This document shows, piece by piece, positions 40,137-45,143 of a DNA stretch of 45,143 nt (the first letter of the stretch is position 1; every line of letters starts with the position of its first letter). The position numbers and the translations under genes are program-made. The DNA comes from Gammaproteobacteria bacterium (GTDB lineage Bacteria; Pseudomonadota; Gammaproteobacteria; Arenicellales; JAOTWM01). The notes beneath the pieces are model-generated. The model was not told the DNA's origin. It saw only the letters and a program-made list of their open reading frames with translations, and ran no database searches. The DNA lies in contig JAOTWM010000002.1 of assembly GCA_029862885.1 (NCBI GenBank), forward strand, positions 1 through 45,143. Reading direction: 5' to 3'.

Positions 40137-42149
40137 CTAACGACCCAAGTGTTCTTCCAAGGCCTTGCATACTTGTGCGATTACGCTATCCCAATCACCG
40201 ATTCGCGGCTGTCGAAACAAACGCATACTCGGGTACCACGGGCTGTCGTCCCGTTCTCGTAAGTATCTCCAACAATGCGCGAACCATAATATGGTCCAAA
40301 CCGGCCGCCTCAGTGCTCCAGCCAAATGTGCCGTCACTGTATCCACGGTTATTGTTAGGTCCAATGCACTCATCAGTGCGGCGGTATCGGAAAGATCATT
40401 CAAGTCTCCCGTAAAGTCTACGATTTTCAGACCCTCTGGCGGAAGCAGCAACTGCTCCGCTCCGGCACCCTTCTGAAGACTGTAATAAGTAACACCTGCT
40501 ATTCTTCCCAGCGGTGCCATGGCAGATAACGGGCATGACCTATGTACATTTTCTTGTTGATCGGGATTTCCGGACCACACCAAGCCGACGTTTACCTGCT
40601 CGCGGTCAATACGATTCTGCCAATTCACGATATTCGAATCATCGGCGCGCAGATATGGCACTTCAGTCGGAATTGTAGCCAATGTCGTATTAAATATTCG
40701 CGGCAGACTCAATAACGATACGTGATAGTCGAAATCGACTCGGAGAGGCTCGCTGCGATCGACAAATTCGTCGATTTCAGGCACCGTCCGCAGCAATCGC
40801 ATTAACGCCGGCGCACATGCCAAAACGATCCGCCCGCCAAGTTGCTTCACCATTGGCGCGTACCGGATAAAATGAATAACGTCTCCCATCCCTTGTTCGC
40901 CCAGTATCAGCAATGTTTTGCCGTGAAATGCCGCTCCCGACCATTCAGGGCGGGCCAAATCCTGCGGGCCAATGTTTAGCCGGCCGTGCACCTCGAATCG
41001 CCATTCATAATGCCGCCAGCCCTTCTCGAGACGACCGGCTTTGAGCAACACGATGGCTTTGCCCAGATGTGACATTGCATGGTCGGGTTGCAACGCGAGC
41101 GACCGCTCAAAACAACTGATCGCGTTATCCAAATCACCTATGCGGCGATACGTAGTAGCTAGATTCATCCATGCCTGTATCATCTGCGGATGCAAACGAA
41201 TAGCGGTTCTGTATCCATCGATTGCTTCGTCATATCTATGCAGCATATATAAAATGCTAGCCATATTTACCCATGATGCCGCCCAGTCTGGATCGATTGC
41301 GATAGCCCTCTCAAACAGAGGCAAAGCTTGTTCATGGTCGCCTTGCTGGTGAAGCAAAAATCCAAGATTGTATAGGGGCCACAGAGACCGCGCCTCCAGC
41401 TCGAGCGAGCGCCGAAATGCCGCAATTGCCTCTGCCGTTTCTCCCTGCTGGTGATATATCGACCCGAGATTATTATGCAATTTCGCGTCGTTCGGCGAGA
41501 GCGCAAGGGCATTGTGAATTGCGATGAGCGCCGACTCCAATTCTCCAAGGGACTGCAGGGCGTTCGCGAGATTCGCGTGAAAATCGAACCGCGCCGGCTC
41601 TAATTCAAGCGCTATCTTAAATTGCTGTATCGCCTCGTGATAGCGCTGGCTACCAAGATGGAGCAATCCTATGTCGTTATAGGCATTGACATAGCCCGGA
41701 TCAAGATCAAGTACCCGTTGGTATTCGGATGCCGCCTCTTCGTATCGATGTAGATCGCGGAAGGTGTTACCCAAGTTATAATGGGCTTCTACATAGTCGT
41801 CTTTAACCGAGACTACGCGCTGAAAAACATCATTAGCTTCGGATATCTGACCAATTTGTGAGTAGGCCGCCCCAAGGCTGTTCAGAAATATCGGTTGATC
41901 AGGATAGGCCTTAAGTGCTTGTTGAATAAGTTCGATGGCCTGATCACTATCGCGGTTCTGTCGCAGCAGTGCCACTGCCAGCAGGTGACAGGCATCGGGA
42001 TGGTCATCTTGAATCAATCGGGCATTTCTAAAGCACTGCTCCGCGTCTCCGGGACGATTGACTTCCAACCACTTTAAACCATCTCTAATTAGAGAGGATA
42101 CATTGGATATTGTCTGGTTTTTCCCGGAGTCGATGGATTCCGTGCTCAT
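40137..42149 (-). CDS. TPR-containing glycosyltransferase (GT9-like C-terminal domain)
   Basis: About 10 TPRs, EQGMGDVIHFIRY, GLVWSGNP, LDLTITVDTVTAHLAGAL, SPWYPSMRLFRQ. Confidence 0.88.
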   Translation of the reverse strand: MSTESIDSGKNQTISNVSSLIRDGLKWLEVNRPGDAEQCFRNARLIQDDHPDACHLLAVALLRQNRDSDQAIELIQQALKAYPDQPIFLNSLGAAYSQIGQISEANDVFQRVVSVKDDYVEAHYNLGNTFRDLHRYEEAASEYQRVLDLDPGYVNAYNDIGLLHLGSQRYHEAIQQFKIALELEPARFDFHANLANALQSLGELESALIAIHNALALSPNDAKLHNNLGSIYHQQGETAEAIAAFRRSLELEARSLWPLYNLGFLLHQQGDHEQALPLFERAIAIDPDWAASWVNMASILYMLHRYDEAIDGYRTAIRLHPQMIQAWMNLATTYRRIGDLDNAISCFERSLALQPDHAMSHLGKAIVLLKAGRLEKGWRHYEWRFEVHGRLNIGPQDLARPEWSGAAFHGKTLLILGEQGMGDVIHFIRYAPMVKQLGGRIVLACAPALMRLLRTVPEIDEFVDRSEPLRVDFDYHVSLLSLPRIFNTTLATIPTEVPYLRADDSNIVNWQNRIDREQVNVGLVWSGNPDQQENVHRSCPLSAMAPLGRIAGVTYYSLQKGAGAEQLLLPPEGLKIVDFTGDLNDLSDTAALMSALDLTITVDTVTAHLAGALRRPVWTILWFAHCWRYLRERDDSPWYPSMRLFRQPRIGDWDSVIAQVCKALEEHLGR

Positions 42150-42588
42150 AAAGATAAACTACAAGAAACCAGCCGAAATGAAAAGTCACTACTATTGACG
42201 GTGAGTTTGATCGTTAGTTGAGAAATGGGATCGCCGCGGTAGCAACGGCGATCGGTTTTGCTAGCAGTTGGTGGCTGGTTGTGCACGCATGACGCCGTAC
42301 GTGCTGATTCGAATACTTGAAGATTGCAAGCGGTACTATACGAAGATCCGCGTTACTCTATCCACTTGCAAATACGAAAATGAGAGTGTGCCAATTTTGG
42401 AACTACGATAGCCGCAATCGCACACCAAAACTCACCCGTCCCGGGGTGGACAATGTGCTTGGCTACGATCTAACTAAGCATTGTGAATTTACGCGCGATT
42501 GCATCAGGCCTGTGTTGCAAGCGCGAGTATTAGAGAGACACGTTGGCAGGACTACCAACGCCTATGTAGTTGCGTACAATTGGGACTA

Positions 42589-42611
42589 GTGAGCCTCTAC
42601 GAGAGGCTCAC
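42589..42611 (-). terminator. Perfect 10-bp hairpin after the Cys-rich gene
   Basis: GTGAGCCTCT-ACG-AGAGGCTCAC, 14 bp downstream of the stop at 42626. Confidence 0.6.
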
Positions 42612-42625
42612 GATTATCCGGTCAA

Positions 42626-43171
42626 CTATGCTACGGTGCCGACCCCGGAACATATACAAACACCACCCCAATTGAACCTTAACGTCACGCTATCGCCCGA
42701 CACCACGCTGTGGCTTCCCGCCGCAACTTGAACCGAACAAGAAACCAGACACTGGCCTACGGTACCCGTACAGTCACCAGTGCCAAAGCCACTGCCCTGA
42801 TACGTTCCACCGTCCGGATCTGTCCCGACGATAAGGCCGTCACAACCCAGTATTGCGCAACTGAGCGATACCGACGGATTGGATCGGCAACCGGGCGGAA
42901 TATCCGCTTCTCCAACTACCACCAAGTCACCCCCTCCCAACACCACCGCGGCAGTGACAACGGCCGACATACCGGAGGTACACGAACCAAGCGGCGCACA
43001 CGTGGTTTGTGCGTGAGCAGGCAACACCATGGCATCGACAACGGGCGTAGCCCATTTTTTCGGAATTACTCCCGCGACAGCACCTGTCGCGGCAAGTGTT
43101 TTTAGTGCTTTACGGCGGGAGGAACTTTCTTCTATTGTCCTCGTGTCTCGGTCATCCGTCTTCTTAGTCAT
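42626..43171 (-). CDS. Cys-rich exported protein with a twin-arginine-like WxxPVVxxxxLPAHAQ leader
   Basis: GAGG RBS before ATG 43171. Leader SRRKALK-hydrophobic-WATPVVDAMVLPAHAQ, then a Gly/Ser/Thr/Val-rich mature region with 10 Cys. Confidence 0.8.
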   Translation of the reverse strand: MTKKTDDRDTRTIEESSSRRKALKTLAATGAVAGVIPKKWATPVVDAMVLPAHAQTTCAPLGSCTSGMSAVVTAAVVLGGGDLVVVGEADIPPGCRSNPSVSLSCAILGCDGLIVGTDPDGGTYQGSGFGTGDCTGTVGQCLVSCSVQVAAGSHSVVSGDSVTLRFNWGGVCICSGVGTVA

Positions 43172-43468
43172 ATTCGACCTCACGATAGCGCATTCAGGTG
43201 ATTGTGATGCGAGTCCAACCGTTTGAAGGTTAACGCATTTCTTGACATATGTATATATTTCGCGCAATTTGCCAAAATTATGGCCGATATGCCTACATGA
43301 GATATAAGTTATTGAAAATAATTGTTTATTTAGAGTGGCTCGCCGCTGTCTACAAAGTATGAGACGGCCACTAAGACCGTTTGCATCGATGCATAGGTGC
43401 GCTCTTTACATCGCTACTGATCGGTGCGCGCACCCATCGCATCGACTTCTGGCACCTTCTCGATACGC

Positions 43469-44602
43469 ATGAACACACTATCGGTGATTGGTATTGGGCG
43501 TATCGGCCTGTGTTTTGCTCTGTTCCTCGAACGTGCGGGTTATAACGTAATCGGCTGCGACCGCGACCGCCGTCATGTTGACTCTATAAACAACCGAACC
43601 CATCGATCAACGGAACCGCGTGTGATTGATTTACTAGCCCAATCGACAAACTTTCGAGCCACTTCGAGCCTCACTGAGGCGGCCGAGGCGAGTCATTTTC
43701 TTTTTGTATGCGTTCGAACCGAATCGGAACCGGATGGAAAATACTGTCATTCTCAAATCGAATCGATGCTTGGCGAATTGGAAACACTGGGGCGCCACAA
43801 GCATACTAAGCGCTTGGTTATTTGCTGCAATATTAACCCGGGCTATAGCGACGCTGTCGCATTGAGGCTGCAGCCTCTAAATTACAGCGTAACTTACAAT
43901 CCGGAATGGGTACGACAGGGATCTATTCTCGATAATTTCACCAACCCCAATACTGTCGTGATTGGCGAGCCTGATGTATCCACAGGCGATGACTTAAGCG
44001 AAATTTATCGGCGTGCCTGCAATAATACACCACGGATAATTAGGACGACTCGATTGACCGCGGAGGTTATCAAGATTGCCCTTAATTGCTCGCTGGCAGC
44101 CAAGATCGCTTTGGCGAACATGATCGGGGATCTCGCAATTTGCAAGGATGTTGACCCCCACCAGGTACTTGATGCCATTGGTTCGGACCCACGCATAGGG
44201 GCACAGTTTTTTGCTTACGGGTTTGGGTACGGCGGTCCGTGCCTACCTCGAGACACTCGGGCATTTCGATATTGCGCCCGATCATGTGGTGCTGATGCAG
44301 CGATAATAGAAGCCGTCGAATCTGCGAATCGCGAACATTTAGACTTTCAGGTAGAACGATTTTGCAGCACCCACAGCATAGACGATATCGTATTAATCGA
44401 TGAAGTGTCCTATAAGCCGGGCGTTGATATCTTGGACGATTCACAGCAACTCCTGTTTGCCGTCAAGATTGCGCAACGAGGGTATAAAGTGAAGATACGA
44501 AGCACGAAACAATTAGTAGATAAGATCAGCCGATTATACGGCGATATGTTCGACTTCGACATCACCGATGCCTCTCCAACTATTGCGTCGGACGGCGCCT
44601 AG
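43469..44602 (+). CDS. UDP-glucose/GDP-mannose dehydrogenase family protein
   Basis: Rossmann GIGRIG, YNPEW, AEVIK...N, DPRIG, catalytic GYGGPCLPRD. Short C-terminal domain. Confidence 0.88.
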   Translation: MNTLSVIGIGRIGLCFALFLERAGYNVIGCDRDRRHVDSINNRTHRSTEPRVIDLLAQSTNFRATSSLTEAAEASHFLFVCVRTESEPDGKYCHSQIESMLGELETLGRHKHTKRLVICCNINPGYSDAVALRLQPLNYSVTYNPEWVRQGSILDNFTNPNTVVIGEPDVSTGDDLSEIYRRACNNTPRIIRTTRLTAEVIKIALNCSLAAKIALANMIGDLAICKDVDPHQVLDAIGSDPRIGAQFFAYGFGYGGPCLPRDTRAFRYCARSCGADAAIIEAVESANREHLDFQVERFCSTHSIDDIVLIDEVSYKPGVDILDDSQQLLFAVKIAQRGYKVKIRSTKQLVDKISRLYGDMFDFDITDASPTIASDGA

Positions 44603-44661
44603 CCGACAATGCCGAACTTTGGAACCTTCTTCGATCCATCCGGGCGAATAATCATCTAACG

Positions 44662-45143
44662 ATGGTATCTTGTCTTCGAGTCGTTTCGTTCGGATTAATA
44701 GCGTCGCTTGCTTTAACGAACTGTAGCCCGAGTCGGCCTGCTCCACCGAATGTGATAATTTTTTTTGCCGATGACGCCGGATACTCCGATTTCGGATTTC
44801 AGGGCAGCGGCACCCATGTGACGCGGTGGATAGATTCCCTTGCGGAGCAAGGGACACGATTTTCGCAAGCTTACGCGTCTTCGTCAGTTTGTAGCCCCTC
44901 ACGAGCGGGACTGTTAACGGGCAGGTATCAGAATCGCTTTGGCGTTGAATTCAACCTTCCTACGTTTTCTAGCCAGCAATATTCACTTGAAAAACAAGGG
45001 TTGCCCTTATCGGAGATTACGCTAGCCGACCGGGCGAAACAGCACGGCTACCGCACGGCGATGATAGGCAAATGGCACCTTGGCGAGGCACCACAGTTTT
45101 TGCCCGATCAACGTGGATTCGACGAATACTTCGGACTGTTGGG
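44662..45143 (+). CDS. Arylsulfatase-type sulfatase, partial (runs off the window; absent from the ORF track)
   Basis: Manual translation: MVSCLRVVSFGLIASLALTNC...PNVIIFFADDAGYSD...VCSPSRAGLLTGRYQNRFG...GYRTAMIGKWHLG...RGFDEYFG. Confidence 0.9.
   Translation, partial: MVSCLRVVSFGLIASLALTNCSPSRPAPPNVIIFFADDAGYSDFGFQGSGTHVTRWIDSLAEQGTRFSQAYASSSVCSPSRAGLLTGRYQNRFGVEFNLPTFSSQQYSLEKQGLPLSEITLADRAKQHGYRTAMIGKWHLGEAPQFLPDQRGFDEYFGLL

Noticed and set aside
42378-42395. TTGGCAC as a sigma54 -24 box for the TPR-GT operon
   Set aside because: No TTGC-like -12 element at the required spacing.
42317-42589. 90-aa ORF between the TPR-GT and Cys-rich genes
   Set aside because: TTG start, no RBS, no recognisable features. 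Probably intergenic.
1-45143. CRISPR array, rRNA, IS transposase or second att copy of tRNA-Phe
   Set aside because: No regularly spaced repeats, rRNA-like tracts, transposase ORFs or duplicated tRNA 3' end were seen on reading. Short or degenerate copies could be missed by eye.

Overview
Bacterial chromosomal window, most likely from a Gammaproteobacterium (mutY-yggX-tRNA-Phe synteny, yejABEF), with three zones. (1) 1-4675 is the decayed end of an island integrated at the 3' end of tRNA-Phe(GAA). It holds an N-truncated tyrosine integrase, a DUF429-like RNase-H-fold gene, an AbiEi/AbiEii-type type IV toxin-antitoxin pair with a clear operator array, and an hsdM stub fused head-on to a truncated sulfotransferase. 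(2) 4676-20012 is GC-rich, mostly core DNA: tRNA-Phe, yggX, mutY, a lipoprotein, yejABEF, a DUF1538-DUF1538-PII-CBS operon, and a pspA-like/membrane protein/sigma54 activator module. (3) 20257-45143 is a visibly more AT-rich accessory cluster for surface modification and sulfate chemistry. It encodes a pseudokinase, a GT2-like enzyme, three paralogous sulfatase-fold proteins lacking the formylglycine motif, a large phosphodiesterase-family protein, a BASS-type and a sulfonate-type ABC transporter, four sulfotransferases, two DUF5672 proteins, two TPR-GT9 glycosyltransferases, a Cys-rich Tat-like protein with a WxxPVV...LPAHAQ leader, a UDP-sugar dehydrogenase and a canonical sulfatase running off the right end. 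The best candidate for an undescribed system is a protein glycosylation/sulfation pathway acting on the Cys-rich leader-bearing protein. All family assignments come from motif recognition by eye; no searches were run.
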